Made by a program: the position numbers and the translations under genes
Origin: a bacterium
GTDB lineage: Archaea; Thermoplasmatota; E2; JACPAO01; JAHFTW01
Direction of reading: 5' to 3'
Length of the DNA stretch: 64,000 bases
Assembly (NCBI GenBank): GCA_040390065.1
Contig: JAZJZE010000001.1
Coordinates: 160,001-224,000, forward strand
The notes under the pieces: generated by a model
Database searches by the model: none
The model's input: the letters and a program-made list of their open reading frames with translations, nothing else
Told to the model about the DNA's origin: nothing
Shown: piece after piece, positions 35,356 through 45,884 of the stretch
Numbering within the stretch: position 1 is the stretch's first letter
Layout of the letters: every line of letters starts with the position of its first letter

Positions 35356-38300
35356 TTACTTGCCCTTCTTGGCCCGGGCGTCGTGCAGCTTCAGCAGGGC
35401 GTCGATCTTGGCTGCGTCGTAGCCCGGTGGGCCGGTGGGCGCCTTGGCCCCGATGCGTTCGACCAGCTTGCCTGCGGCGGGGCGGGCAGCCGGCGGCGGG
35501 ATGGGCATGCGCGGCGGCGCCGGTGCGGGCGGGGTCGGCCGCGCAGGGGCTGGGACGCCACGCGGCTGGATCGCGACGCGCGCCGCGGCTTGCACGGCCG
35601 GCGGCTCCCACGCTGGCACGGCGGCGGCTTCGCGACGCGCCTTCTCGGCGGCAGCGGCCGCCGCGCGGGCCCTTGCCTCCTCCTCGTCGCGACGCTTGGC
35701 CTCGGCCTCTGCCTGCGCATCCTGGCGGGCGATCTCGTCGCGGTGGGCTTTCTCGGCGTCCTCGCGTTCGCGGTCGCGGGCAAGCCGGGCGGCTTCCTTG
35801 GCCTGCTCCTTGGCTTGCCGTTCCGCTTCCTTCTCGGCGGCGGCCTGAGCCTTGGCCTGCTCCTTCTCGCGAGCCGCGCGCTCCTTCTCTTCGCGGCGGC
35901 GCGTCTCCTCCGTTTCCCGCTGGGTTTCCTTGGCCTTGTCGCGGGCAAGCGCCTGCGCGGCGGCCTGAGCCTCGGATTCGGCGGCATCGCGGGCCGCCTT
36001 CTCCTTCTGCTCGCGGCGGCTGAGGTCGGATTCCACCGGTTTGGCGTCAGCCTCGATGGTCTTCTCCTTGCGCAGTCGTGAGAGGAAGGCCTTCTTCTCG
36101 GGGGCCTCGGCAGTTGCCGCGGCAGGAGTGTCGGGCTTGGCGCGGCCGAAGCGACCCAAGAGGCCCTTCTTGGTCTCCGCGGGCTCCTCAGGCTCGGGCG
36201 TCGCGGTGATCTCCACGACCTTGCCAGCCTTGCCCTTCTTCACGACGACGACGGGCTCGGCGGGGGGCTCAGGTTTCGTCTCCGCCGGGGGCGCGTCGTC
36301 CGCCTTCTTGGGCTTGAATCGTGACAGGAATCCGGGCTTCGGCGCCTCTTCGGTAGCGGGCGCGGACGGGGGCTCGACGACGATGACCTTGCCGGCCTTG
36401 CCCTTCTTGGGCGCTTCGAGGACCGCGGGCGGCGCCGCCTCGGCGTCCGGCTTGGCCTTGCGTGCGAAGCGGCCGAGCAGGCCCTTCTTCGGCTCCTCTG
36501 CGGGGGAAGTCTCGACCGGGGCGGCCTTGGATTTCTTGCCGTCCTTGACGACTTCGACCTTCGCGGCCGCCTTGGGCTCGTCGGCGCCCTTCTTCGAGGC
36601 CTTCTTTGCCTCTTTGGCGGCGAGTTTGGCTGCGGCCGCTTCCTCCTTGGCCTTCACTTTGGCGGCCTTCGCGGCCTCTTTCTTCTGGCGCTTGAGGTCG
36701 CGCCTGGAGAGTGCGGGCGCTCCGGCAGGCGCTTCGGCCTTGGCCTTGCCGCGCAAGCGCGACAGCAATCCAGCTTTCGTCTCCTCGGGCTTGGCCTTCT
36801 TGCCCTTGGGCGTCGCGTCGGCCTGCTTGGCCTTGTCGGCCTTCCCTTTCTTGCCTTTCCGGAAACGCCCCAACAGGCCGGCCTTGGGCGCTTCCTTGGC
36901 CGCCTTCTTCTCGGCCTTCTTGGCGGCGGCACGCTCCTTCCGCGAGAGCTTGGGCTCGGCTGCGTCCTTCTTGCCACGGCGCAGGACACGGGCCAGCAAC
37001 CCGGCCTTGGCGTCCTCGGAGATGGGCTTGTCGGCGGCCGAAACAGGGGGCGCGGCGGGGGCAGCCTCCTGCACCTTGGCGGCCTTCCTGGTTGGGATTG
37101 GCGCGACGGCAGGAGTCGGCTCCTCCTCGCCCTTGCGCCGCAATCGGCCGAGAAGCGACGGCTTGGCCGGGGCCACGGTTTCCTCGCCGCGAGCTTCGGC
37201 CTTCGCCTTCTGCTTGGCAAGCCGGGCCGTCTCCTTGGCCTTGGCAAAGTCCGCCTTGCGCTTGGCTTCGGCGGCCTTGCGTTCCTCCTTGAGGCGTTCC
37301 TTCTCTTCACGGCGCAGCGCGCGCAGGTCGGCAGGCTTCTCCTCGACGGGGGGCGCCTCGACGGGAACGAGGGCCTCGGTGACGTGGAAGCCGGCGGGCG
37401 TCGTGTACTCCCGGCCCGCGCGGTGGCCGAAGGCGTAGACGCGGCCGTGCTCGCCACGCTCGTCCTCCGGCAGCTTCTCGAACGGGCTCACGTCGCCGGG
37501 CAGCCGCGGCTTCGGGTGGCTGTGCTTGTCCTCGGGCAGGACCTCGAACGGGCTGCGGCCGTCGGGCAGGCGGGGCTTCGGGTGCGGCGCGTGCTCGTCG
37601 TCGGGCAGGCGCGCAAACGGACTCGTGCCATCGGGCAGGCGCGGCGCGTCGTGGATGTGGCGGTCCGCGTCGATGCGGGCAAACGGGCTGCGGCCGTCGA
37701 CGAGCCGGACCTTCTCGTGGGCGGCGGCCTTGCGATCGGCCTTGTCGGTCTTCTCGTCCCAGTCGTCGCGACGAGCCTCTTGGGATTGCTGCCAGACGGA
37801 ACCCTCGTACGGGCTGGAGAGCGGCTTCGCGATGGCTTGCTCCCACAGCGAGGAGGACTTGCCCGCGAGTTTGTCTTCGCGTTCGCGGCGGCGTGCCATC
37901 TCACGTTCGCGGCGCTCCAGTTCGCGGCGGTGGCGCTTGTCGGCCCGGGCCGCGGCGCGGGGATCTGGCGCCTTGGATTCGTCCTTCTTGGGTTTCGCTT
38001 CGGCGGGCTTGCCTCTTGCCTCGAGCTTGGCGGCCTTGGCCTTTGCCTTCGCCGCCTTCTTGGCATCCTTGGCGGCCTTCTTCGCCAGCTTGCGAGCCAG
38101 TTTTTCCTCGCGCTTGCGCAGGGCGGCGGCCTGCTTGTCGGTCGCCTCGCCAGGGAACGGCTCGGTGGTCTTGGCCTTCTTGCCGAACGGGATGAGGCGA
38201 CCGAGTCCGGCGCCTTCCGGCTTCTCCTTGCCCTTCCCGGCCTTGGCTTTCTCCGGCTTGTCGGGCTTGGCCGCGGCCTTGTCATCCTTGCGGCCGAACG

Positions 38301-39984
38301 GCAGCGCGAAGCGGGATGCCTTCTCCGGCTCCGCTTTCGCAGGCTTTGCCTCCTTCGTGTCGCCCTTGCGTCCGAAGGGCAGCGCGAAGCGCGACGGTTT
38401 CTCGGCCTCGCCCTTTGGCGGCATCTTCGCCGGCTTGGCGTCCTTGGCGTCCGTCGCGGGCTCGACCACGGTCTTGCGGCCGAACGGCAGGCGCAAGCGG
38501 CTCTCGGCCTTGTCCTTCGGTACCGCGACCGGCGGCGCCTTCTTGGGGCCCTCGTCACCGGCGTCCACGACGACTTTCTTGCCGAAGGGCAGGCCGAAGC
38601 GGCGACCCTTGGCCTCGTCGACGTCGGGTTTGGCCGGCTTGTCCTTGCGGCCGAAGCGCAGGAGGCCGGCCTTGGCGGGTTCTTCCGGCTTCGCGGTTTT
38701 CGCGGCTGGGGCGGGCTTGTCCTCCCTCGTCCGGCGCAAGCGCGCAAACAGGCCGGGTTTTGCCTCGGCCTTTGGCTTGGCGCCGCCCTTGGGCTTGACG
38801 GGCTCGGCCTTTGGAGCCTCTTCCTTCGCGCCGCGCCCGAACCTTAGCAGTGAGCGCTTGGCTGCCGGGTCCGTCGCAGCAGGTTTCGCGTCGGCCTCGG
38901 CGGCTTTCGCCTGCTTGGCCGCGAGCTTGGCAGCGGCCTCGTCCTCTTTGGCTTGGCGCTTGGCCTCAGCCTTCGCGGCTTTCATCGCCTTCTTGTCGGG
39001 CGCGGGGGCCCCCGGTGTCTGGCCGGCGAGGCCGAGGAGGGACTTGCACTTCGGGCAGGTTGCCTGGACGGCATCGCTTGGCGCTTCGAAGACGTGGTTG
39101 CACTGCGCGCACTCAACAACCTGCTTGCCCGCTGACGGTGCAGGAAGGGCTGGCGCGACCGGAGGTGTCGGAATCGTCACCTTGGCTGGCCGGCGGGGCG
39201 GCGCAGCGGCCGTGGTTGCAGGAGGCTCGGGTTCGGGCGGCGCGTCGGATTTCGCCTTGCCGCGCAGGCGGAACAGCAGGCCGCGCGTCTTGCGGACCGG
39301 ATGCGTCTCGGCGGCCACGTCCACTTCGACGCTGGCTTTGGACTTGCGGCCGAAGCGGTGCAGGAACCCGCGTTCGGCCTCGTGCTTGGCCTCGGCGGCG
39401 TGCTCCTTGGCGTCGACGGCCTCGGCCGGATGGTCCTCGTCGTCCTTGTCGGCCGAATCCGGCTTGGCGATGAGCTCCTTGCGGAGTGCTTCTGCGCCGG
39501 GGTCGGCGTGCCGCGGCTTGAGCTTGCGGGCCGCCTTGATCCACTTGGCCGTGAGCTTGGCCGTGACGGGGACGCCGATGACGTTCTGCTCGAGGCTGTC
39601 GAGGTACGCTTGGATCTTGGCCGCAAGCGCCTCGGCTTCCTGCTGGGCGAGCTCGTAGATCGAGTTGATCTGGACGCGCACCAGCACTTCGGCAAACTGC
39701 GGGCCCACACCCTTCAGGCGGATGAGTTCCGCCATGTCCTGCCAGCTGCGGATGCGCGCCGCAGGGATGCCGGTCTTCTTGGCGAGCTCCTCGGCGTCCG
39801 CGGCCACGAGTTGTTCGCTGTTGTCCACGCCCTTCTGCCGGAGCTTCAATGTGAACGTCGGCCCGATGCCCTCGATGTCCAGGATGGGGATGCCGGCGCC
39901 CGTGGCGGGAGTGCGGTCGCGCCAGCGTAGGAAACGGCGGCGCGCCGAGCCGGCTGCGGCTTCGTCGGTGGAGGGCTTCGCCAT
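35356..39984 (-). CDS. Giant Lys/Ala/Pro-rich protein with N-terminal HhH (DUF4332-like) domain, zinc ribbon and repeated amphipathic motifs
   Basis: DIEGIGP, LIRLKGVGPQFAEVL, CAQC...CPKC; 1542 codons with consistent GC3 bias. Confidence 0.85.
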   Translation of the reverse strand: MAKPSTDEAAAGSARRRFLRWRDRTPATGAGIPILDIEGIGPTFTLKLRQKGVDNSEQLVAADAEELAKKTGIPAARIRSWQDMAELIRLKGVGPQFAEVLVRVQINSIYELAQQEAEALAAKIQAYLDSLEQNVIGVPVTAKLTAKWIKAARKLKPRHADPGAEALRKELIAKPDSADKDDEDHPAEAVDAKEHAAEAKHEAERGFLHRFGRKSKASVEVDVAAETHPVRKTRGLLFRLRGKAKSDAPPEPEPPATTAAAPPRRPAKVTIPTPPVAPALPAPSAGKQVVECAQCNHVFEAPSDAVQATCPKCKSLLGLAGQTPGAPAPDKKAMKAAKAEAKRQAKEDEAAAKLAAKQAKAAEADAKPAATDPAAKRSLLRFGRGAKEEAPKAEPVKPKGGAKPKAEAKPGLFARLRRTREDKPAPAAKTAKPEEPAKAGLLRFGRKDKPAKPDVDEAKGRRFGLPFGKKVVVDAGDEGPKKAPPVAVPKDKAESRLRLPFGRKTVVEPATDAKDAKPAKMPPKGEAEKPSRFALPFGRKGDTKEAKPAKAEPEKASRFALPFGRKDDKAAAKPDKPEKAKAGKGKEKPEGAGLGRLIPFGKKAKTTEPFPGEATDKQAAALRKREEKLARKLAKKAAKDAKKAAKAKAKAAKLEARGKPAEAKPKKDESKAPDPRAAARADKRHRRELERREREMARRREREDKLAGKSSSLWEQAIAKPLSSPYEGSVWQQSQEARRDDWDEKTDKADRKAAAHEKVRLVDGRSPFARIDADRHIHDAPRLPDGTSPFARLPDDEHAPHPKPRLPDGRSPFEVLPEDKHSHPKPRLPGDVSPFEKLPEDERGEHGRVYAFGHRAGREYTTPAGFHVTEALVPVEAPPVEEKPADLRALRREEKERLKEERKAAEAKRKADFAKAKETARLAKQKAKAEARGEETVAPAKPSLLGRLRRKGEEEPTPAVAPIPTRKAAKVQEAAPAAPPVSAADKPISEDAKAGLLARVLRRGKKDAAEPKLSRKERAAAKKAEKKAAKEAPKAGLLGRFRKGKKGKADKAKQADATPKGKKAKPEETKAGLLSRLRGKAKAEAPAGAPALSRRDLKRQKKEAAKAAKVKAKEEAAAAKLAAKEAKKASKKGADEPKAAAKVEVVKDGKKSKAAPVETSPAEEPKKGLLGRFARKAKPDAEAAPPAVLEAPKKGKAGKVIVVEPPSAPATEEAPKPGFLSRFKPKKADDAPPAETKPEPPAEPVVVVKKGKAGKVVEITATPEPEEPAETKKGLLGRFGRAKPDTPAAATAEAPEKKAFLSRLRKEKTIEADAKPVESDLSRREQKEKAARDAAESEAQAAAQALARDKAKETQRETEETRRREEKERAAREKEQAKAQAAAEKEAERQAKEQAKEAARLARDREREDAEKAHRDEIARQDAQAEAEAKRRDEEEARARAAAAAAEKARREAAAVPAWEPPAVQAAARVAIQPRGVPAPARPTPPAPAPPRMPIPPPAARPAAGKLVERIGAKAPTGPPGYDAAKIDALLKLHDARAKKGK

Positions 39985-40173
39985 GTCAGCCCCCCCCTTG
40001 CCCCAGGCTCATCCGAGGGCAGGGTCTGCTTTTGCGTTCGGGCAAGACGACGGCTCCTCCAGAGGCAATGCCGCACAGTCCGGCTATAAATAAAGGGGTT
40101 GGCGCGAGTCTTGGATTGGGCGGGATGGTCCGATTGTCGCGGCCAGCCTGCCCATCCGCCCGGGTCCCGGCCG

Positions 40174-40953
40174 ATGTCGCAAGCCTTTTGCCGTCCCACC
40201 CCGCGTTCACCGTCCGTGTTCCTGCGTGCCCTGGTCCTCCTGGTGGCCCTCACCGCCACGGCATTCGCCTCGACAGGTTGGGCACAGGCGCAGTCGTCGC
40301 CGACCGATTCCGACCAGGACGGCATCCCCGACACGGCGGACAATTGCATCAGCCTCTCCAACAACGACCAGGCGGACCTCGACCAGGACCACTTGGGTGA
40401 CGCCTGCGACGACGACCGCGACGGCGACGGCGTGAAGGACCAGTTCGACAACTGCCCGACGACGCCGAACGGCAACCAGACCGACGACAACCACAATGGG
40501 CAGGGGGATGTGTGCGAGCCGGTGGACCAGCACACAACCACGAGCGGCCCGCCGCCGGACAGGGACGGCGACGGTTTCTCGGACGCCAAGGACGTCTGCC
40601 CGACGATTGCGAACCACGACCAGTCGGACATCGACCACGACGGCATCGGCGACATGTGCGACATCGACGCCGACGGCGACGGCATCGTCGACTCCGGTGT
40701 GGCATTCCCCGACAATTGTCCGACGGCGCCCAACCACGACCAGAAGGATTCCGACGAGGACGGCACCGGCAACGTCTGCGACGCAACGCCCCTGCCGCTG
40801 TCGTGCGCGACGTGCACGACCTCGCCGCAGGTCCAGGACAACACCAAGAAGAGCGAGGACCAGGGGCCTTGGATGCTCATTGGGGCGGGCCTGCTTGCTG
40901 GAACCGTCGTCGGCGTGGCGGCGGCGGCCCTCCTCCTGCGCAAGGGCAAGTAG
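40174..40953 (+). CDS. Thrombospondin type-3 repeat surface protein
   Basis: Signal peptide, repeated DxDxDGxxDxxDNCP...NxDQxDxDxDGxGDxC, C-terminal TM plus RKGK. Confidence 0.88.
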   Translation: MSQAFCRPTPRSPSVFLRALVLLVALTATAFASTGWAQAQSSPTDSDQDGIPDTADNCISLSNNDQADLDQDHLGDACDDDRDGDGVKDQFDNCPTTPNGNQTDDNHNGQGDVCEPVDQHTTTSGPPPDRDGDGFSDAKDVCPTIANHDQSDIDHDGIGDMCDIDADGDGIVDSGVAFPDNCPTAPNHDQKDSDEDGTGNVCDATPLPLSCATCTTSPQVQDNTKKSEDQGPWMLIGAGLLAGTVVGVAAAALLLRKGK

Positions 40954-40954
40954 C

Positions 40955-41422
40955 CTACGGTCGCGCCGCTAGCATGGCCGAGACCGCCGCGATGGCGGCC
41001 GCCCGCGTCGAGGGATAGACTTCGAGCTTCAGCCGCACCTGGATGGCGTCTTCCCCGTCGAGAAGGCGCAACTCGCCAGCGGCCGCGGCCTGTTTGTCGA
41101 GGCGGAGGTAGAACACGCCATCGTCGTCGGTGCGCGCCGCCACGGTGCTCTGCAAGGTTGCAAGCGCGTCGGGAATCGCGACGATGCGTTCAAGCAGGTC
41201 ACGGATCGCTCGCGAGCGCTCCAGGGTCTCCTGCGCGATGACGAGCGGCAGGCCATGATGCGTCTCCATCGTCGTGGACACGAGGCCTGCTGCGTACTCC
41301 TCGTCGGCCACGCCGGCGACGAAGCGCAGCGCGGCATCCACCCTGGCCTGGTCCTCCGTCGGGTGGCAGGCAGCGCGCAGCCGCAGCCAATGGTACCGCG
41401 TCACGGCCGGCCTTTGCGCCAC
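40955..41422 (-). CDS. Archaeal RNA-binding protein (COG1325-like)
   Basis: CHPTEDQARV, HHG, FYLRLDKQAA, IQVRLKLEVYP. Confidence 0.8.
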   Translation of the reverse strand: MAQRPAVTRYHWLRLRAACHPTEDQARVDAALRFVAGVADEEYAAGLVSTTMETHHGLPLVIAQETLERSRAIRDLLERIVAIPDALATLQSTVAARTDDDGVFYLRLDKQAAAAGELRLLDGEDAIQVRLKLEVYPSTRAAAIAAVSAMLAARP

Positions 41423-41468
41423 GCGCCTGGCAGTGGCGCGGCCCTCTTAGAACCGGCGAGGCGCCCGA

Positions 41469-42980
41469 TCAGACGGCGTCGACGGTGATGGCTTGCGGCG
41501 TCGTGCGCACGAGGGCGAAGGCTTCCTGGCGCGGCATGATCCGCTGGGCCCCCGCCGAGGTCACGCGGTCGATGAGGCCGGCGCCCTGGAATTGGCGCAA
41601 GTGGTAGGCGACGAGCGACGGGTCGCAGCCGAGCCGCAGCGCGATGTCGTTGGCAGTCGAGCCGGGGAAGCCGAGAATCTGTTCGAGGATGGAGCGCGCC
41701 GTCTCGGAGCGCAGCGTGTCGTGACCCGGGACCGCTTCCGAGCCTTCGGCGTAGTAGCCCACGGCACCCTTCCATTCATGGCGGTGCACGAAGCCGGCGC
41801 GCACGAGGACTTGCAAGTGGTACTGCACGGAGGCGGAGCCGGTGCCGACGGCGCGCTGCAGGGCGCGGAAGTGGATGCCCGGCTGTTCGCGGATGAGGGC
41901 AATGAGGGTCTTGCGGTTCGGATGCTCCAGGAGCTCGTCGCCGGAGATGCGACTGAAGCCGGCGGCAAGGCCGCCGAGCCCAATCCACTTGCCGCCGGTT
42001 GCGACGCGCGCTCCGCGGGAGGCGATGCGCCGCCACGAGACGACAACGGCTCCGGCCACGCCGGCGGCCGCGATGGCGACGCCGACCGTGGACGGCGTGC
42101 CGCCTCCTGGCCTGTCCTGGACGGGGATGACTCCGGTCGAGGCCGGCAGCGCGGCGGTCTGCAGCCCAGAGGGCGCCGGCACGGCCGACAGGATCGCGCA
42201 GGCGTCGCCGTGGCCGTCATGGTCCGCATCCGCTTGGTCCTCGTTGGCCGTGCGGGGGCAGTTGTCCGCGGCGTTCTGCACGTGGTCGCCGTCGATGTCG
42301 TTGTCGCAGGCGTCGCCGATGCCGTCGCCGTCTTGGTCGGATTGCGTCGGGTTGCGGATGCCCGGGCAGTTGTCGCCGACGTTCAAGACGAGGTCCGCGT
42401 CGAGGTCCGTGTCGCAGGCGTCGCCGGCGGTGTCGCCATCGGAGTCGACCTGCGTGGGATTGTAGACTGTGGCGCAGTTGTCCGCGTTGTCCGGCATGCC
42501 GTCGCCGTCGGCGTCGCCGCTTGCGGCCTGGGGATCCGAGCCGTCATGCGGCTGCGAGTTGGAGGGTTCGGTGCTGCTGGACGAGCCAGATGGGCAGGGA
42601 GGATCGTTGGTGGCGTGCACCACGGCCTTGTAGGTCGTGGTCTGGCCGCGCGAGTCGGTCTCCTTGAAGACCACGGGGTAGTCGCCCGATGCGCCGTACG
42701 CGTGCTGCGGGTTCTGCTCGGTGCTGCTCGTGCCGTCGCCGAATTCCCAGGCCCAGGAAACGACCGGGTAGCCTGCTGGCGTCCACGACCCGTCGAAGGA
42801 CAAGGTCTCGGGCCCGCAGCCCACGGTTGTCTCGCTCCAGGAGAATCCCACCGCGCTGCCGTCGGCTTGCACGCCAGGCAACAGGCTGGACCCTGCCATG
42901 GCACAGACCACCAGGAAGGCCCCAAGATGGAAGGGGGTGCGGGAGTGGCTTCGGGGCAGGGACGGGACCACGTGGACCAA
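41469..42980 (-). CDS. Transmembrane regulator: PKD + TSP3 repeats + TM + tandem winged helix
   Basis: [20 protein letters not shown] (PKD), TSP3 repeats, [23 protein letters not shown]...VQYHL. Confidence 0.85.
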   Translation of the reverse strand: MVHVVPSLPRSHSRTPFHLGAFLVVCAMAGSSLLPGVQADGSAVGFSWSETTVGCGPETLSFDGSWTPAGYPVVSWAWEFGDGTSSTEQNPQHAYGASGDYPVVFKETDSRGQTTTYKAVVHATNDPPCPSGSSSSTEPSNSQPHDGSDPQAASGDADGDGMPDNADNCATVYNPTQVDSDGDTAGDACDTDLDADLVLNVGDNCPGIRNPTQSDQDGDGIGDACDNDIDGDHVQNAADNCPRTANEDQADADHDGHGDACAILSAVPAPSGLQTAALPASTGVIPVQDRPGGGTPSTVGVAIAAAGVAGAVVVSWRRIASRGARVATGGKWIGLGGLAAGFSRISGDELLEHPNRKTLIALIREQPGIHFRALQRAVGTGSASVQYHLQVLVRAGFVHRHEWKGAVGYYAEGSEAVPGHDTLRSETARSILEQILGFPGSTANDIALRLGCDPSLVAYHLRQFQGAGLIDRVTSAGAQRIMPRQEAFALVRTTPQAITVDAV

Positions 42981-43310
42981 CCGGCCGGGATTCGGGCCAG
43001 GTGGCCCATCCTGAACCGCCTTCTAAAGGACTTTGGCGCATTTTTTCTTGTACAATCCTTTGCCAGTATCGTAAGATTGCAGGAAAACGGGGAACGTTGC
43101 GCCTTGCAACCGGCTTGGGGGGCCTAGACTTCGAAAGCGGCCACGACGGGCCAGGAATCGTCGTCCTCGTCGCTCCCGGCATACGTCCAAGCCCCCGTGG
43201 CGTGGATCAGAAGCAGCGGTGAACCGGACCCTGGAATGCGCAGATGCATGGTGGTCACAAGCCGCCGCATGGGCATGACGTTTTCAGGGGGCCAAGTGAA
43301 ACGATGGCGC

Positions 43311-43832
43311 TTACCTGGCGCGTCGTTGACGGGCGGCGGCCACCTTCGCCGGAGCTGCCATGACATCGGGGCGCGGCGTCCGGCTCTTCGTCGGCTTGCT
43401 CTCCCCCTGGGCGACCCTCGCAGCGATCGCCTCGTCCAGCCATGCCTCGGAGGCGCGCACCATGTTCGGGACCAGGACCGCCGCGCAGGAGACGCCGGCC
43501 AGCGATTCGGCCTGCAGCCGCACCTCCTCGGCGTCGCCCATGGACGGTGCGGCCATCATGAAGTCCATGCAGCGCTCCTCGGCGTCGGGCGGCGAGTACT
43601 GGTGCATCCACGAATCGTCGATGCTGCGCGAAATCAGCAGGCGGTCATCCTCGTCCGCATCCGCCGCCAGCTCCAGGTGCAGGATGAATGGCACGGCGCC
43701 CACGATGCGGCTTGGCCAGACCGCCGGCACGACGTCGAGCTCCCCGTGGGTCCACATGCGCTCCAGGCGGCGCTTGACGGTGCGTGCGCTCACGCCGATG
43801 CGTTGCGCGACGTCCTCCGGCCGCGTCCTACG
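43311..43832 (-). pseudogene. 5'-truncated AsnC/Lrp-like HTH regulator
   Basis: EDVAQRIGVSARTVKRRLERM begins right at the stop of the upstream gene, with no plausible start codon. Confidence 0.55.
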
Positions 43833-45195
43833 TGTCGCAACCCGTGAAGTCGTGCGTGGTAAACAGGGGGTTGTCGCGGAAGTCGACGCGCGTGTCCAGC
43901 TTGTAGGCAAGGCCAAGGGGTGCCACGACCTGTTGCGGGACGGAGTACACGATGAAGTCGAGGCCGCCGGAGCGGACCGGGCAGAGGTCCTTGGACGGCA
44001 CCGGGAACATGGTCTCGGTCACGCCGCCGTCGAATGGGCCCTCCTGCGAATCGAAGATTTCGTCCGTCTGCAGGCTTCCGCCGGCCACCTTGTAGCCGAC
44101 CCAGAGGTCGCCCCACGCCGTCGGGGAATTCGTCCAGGACATCGTCGTGAAGGAGATGTAGGAGAGCCGCGACTGGTAGGCGGCCGAGACTGCGTCGTCT
44201 GCATTGAAGCGAAGATGAGTCGCGACCTGGTCGTTGGGCAGCATGATGGTTCCCGTCAACGTCGGATTCAGTTCGTCGTGCAGGACTGGGACTGTCCAGA
44301 CGGCGCCGGACGACACGACTTGGTCAGCCAGCACTTCGCCGCCATGGTCCTGGAGGAACGCCGGAGGCACTGCAACCATGACCTTGGCGCCCGCCGGCAG
44401 CCAAAGCCTCGCCACACCGTCCGCGCCGGCCTGTGCGCTGGCAAGGACGCACGAGGTGAAGAAGCGGTCCATGTCGAACGTCGCGTCGAAGGGCGCCTGC
44501 GCTGACGCGTCGAGGATCGCCACTTCGGCCTTGGCAACCGGGCCCCCCGTTGGCGTCTCCCACCGCACGCGGACATTGACGGGGACGAGGTCGACCGCGA
44601 AGGCCTGCTCGTCGGGGAGGCCGGCCGGGTCGTCAGGCTGTCCGCATTCCCCGAGTCTGGCACCGGCGGGGTCGTACCAGAATGCTTCGAGCGTCAGTCC
44701 CGCCTTGGCGACATGCACGGCGCTCGTGGGCCTTTTCCCGATGAAGCTAGGGGATTCCATGGCGACGCGGAATTCCTGGCCGTCGACGAGTTTGAGCCGG
44801 GCAGTGCCATCCGTGCCCGTCGTGGCGGAGGCGTAGGAGCACGGGTTGAAGAACGCCCGGACATCCGCAAACGACGACGCGTTGCCCTGCGATGTCGCCA
44901 CGGCGGCAACATCCTTTGCGCTGACGGGGGCGCGCAAGGAATTCCCATACAGTTGGATGGTCACCTCCACGAGGGGGCTTCCGACCGCCTCGCCATCGGG
45001 TTGGCCCGTGGGCCGGTCCGGCAGGCCGCACGAATTCAGGCGCGGGGCTGTCGTCGGTGCAGTGAGGGGGTGCGACACTGGGGGCGGCGCGCTCGACGTT
45101 GACGGCGCGGCGTGGTCTTCTGGAGCGTACGCGCGGGGCGACGAGCACCCAGCCAAGGCAACGAGCAATGCAGCGGCAACCACCCAAGGGCGCAC
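43828..45195 (-). CDS. Lipoprotein with an internally duplicated beta domain
   Basis: Lipobox ALAGC; two copies of CGxPDxPxGxPD...FFxxC..ASA..G.DG.ARL.L. Confidence 0.7.
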   Translation of the reverse strand: MRPWVVAAALLVALAGCSSPRAYAPEDHAAPSTSSAPPPVSHPLTAPTTAPRLNSCGLPDRPTGQPDGEAVGSPLVEVTIQLYGNSLRAPVSAKDVAAVATSQGNASSFADVRAFFNPCSYASATTGTDGTARLKLVDGQEFRVAMESPSFIGKRPTSAVHVAKAGLTLEAFWYDPAGARLGECGQPDDPAGLPDEQAFAVDLVPVNVRVRWETPTGGPVAKAEVAILDASAQAPFDATFDMDRFFTSCVLASAQAGADGVARLWLPAGAKVMVAVPPAFLQDHGGEVLADQVVSSGAVWTVPVLHDELNPTLTGTIMLPNDQVATHLRFNADDAVSAAYQSRLSYISFTTMSWTNSPTAWGDLWVGYKVAGGSLQTDEIFDSQEGPFDGGVTETMFPVPSKDLCPVRSGGLDFIVYSVPQQVVAPLGLAYKLDTRVDFRDNPLFTTHDFTGCDT

Positions 45196-45398
45196 GAATC
45201 GTCGAGTGCTTTTGTGATATGATAAAGGCTTGGTCGGGCGCCCGCCCGCGTGCCCCGGGCTTCGTGCAGGACGCCGGACCAGCACCCAAAAGGCGCAGCA
45301 AGGAGGCACGCAACGCCAAGACGGCACCCGCGGCGCGCGGCATGCCGACCGAAGGGACGTGGCGCGCCGGCCGTGACTGTTGTCTGGGGGCCATCACG

Positions 45399-45878
45399 TC
45401 ACGGCGCCTTCGCCATGAGCGCCTGCATGAGCGTGATGCCGGCATTGATGACGGGCTTGCCGACGGCGTCCCCCGCAATCTCTTCCATGGGGCCCTGGCC
45501 AAAGTGGCGGCCGCGCTTCGTGAAGACGCTGATCCGGATGTCGCCAGCCTGGAAGTTGGGCACGGGTTCGCCCGCATAGAGACCGACTTGGCTCGCCATG
45601 CGCCGGCCCGCCGTCAGCAGGGCGTCGATTTGCGGTGCGAGGTCGCCGCGCAGGTTCCAGACCACGGCGCGCCCGCTATGGTTGTAGTACCTAGCGCCGT
45701 CGTCCCCAGGGAATGCCGCGATGAGGTCCATGCCGCCGTCAATCATGTATTCGAGCGTCACGGCGAGGACGTCGGCGTCGTTGCCCGCCGGGCTCGCCTG
45801 CTTTGACAGATGGGCAAACAGCGCGTCGCGAATCGGCGCGGAGACCGGCGAGGCCTTCGGCTTGGAGAACCAAGCCAT
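45399..45878 (-). CDS. Hypothetical protein
   Basis: 159 aa starting 6 nt after the atpB stop; no similarity to ATP synthase subunit D by eye. Confidence 0.65.
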   Translation of the reverse strand: MAWFSKPKASPVSAPIRDALFAHLSKQASPAGNDADVLAVTLEYMIDGGMDLIAAFPGDDGARYYNHSGRAVVWNLRGDLAPQIDALLTAGRRMASQVGLYAGEPVPNFQAGDIRISVFTKRGRHFGQGPMEEIAGDAVGKPVINAGITLMQALMAKAP

Positions 45879-45884
45879 GGAGTC

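Noticed and set aside
43124-43366. 80-aa ORF downstream of the truncated regulator
   Set aside because: No motif, uncertain start and overlap with the preceding ORF; insufficient support.
45399-45878. Candidate ATP synthase subunit D by position
   Set aside because: Lacks the long coiled coils and the LLKxKRD / RRVNALE-type motifs of subunit D.
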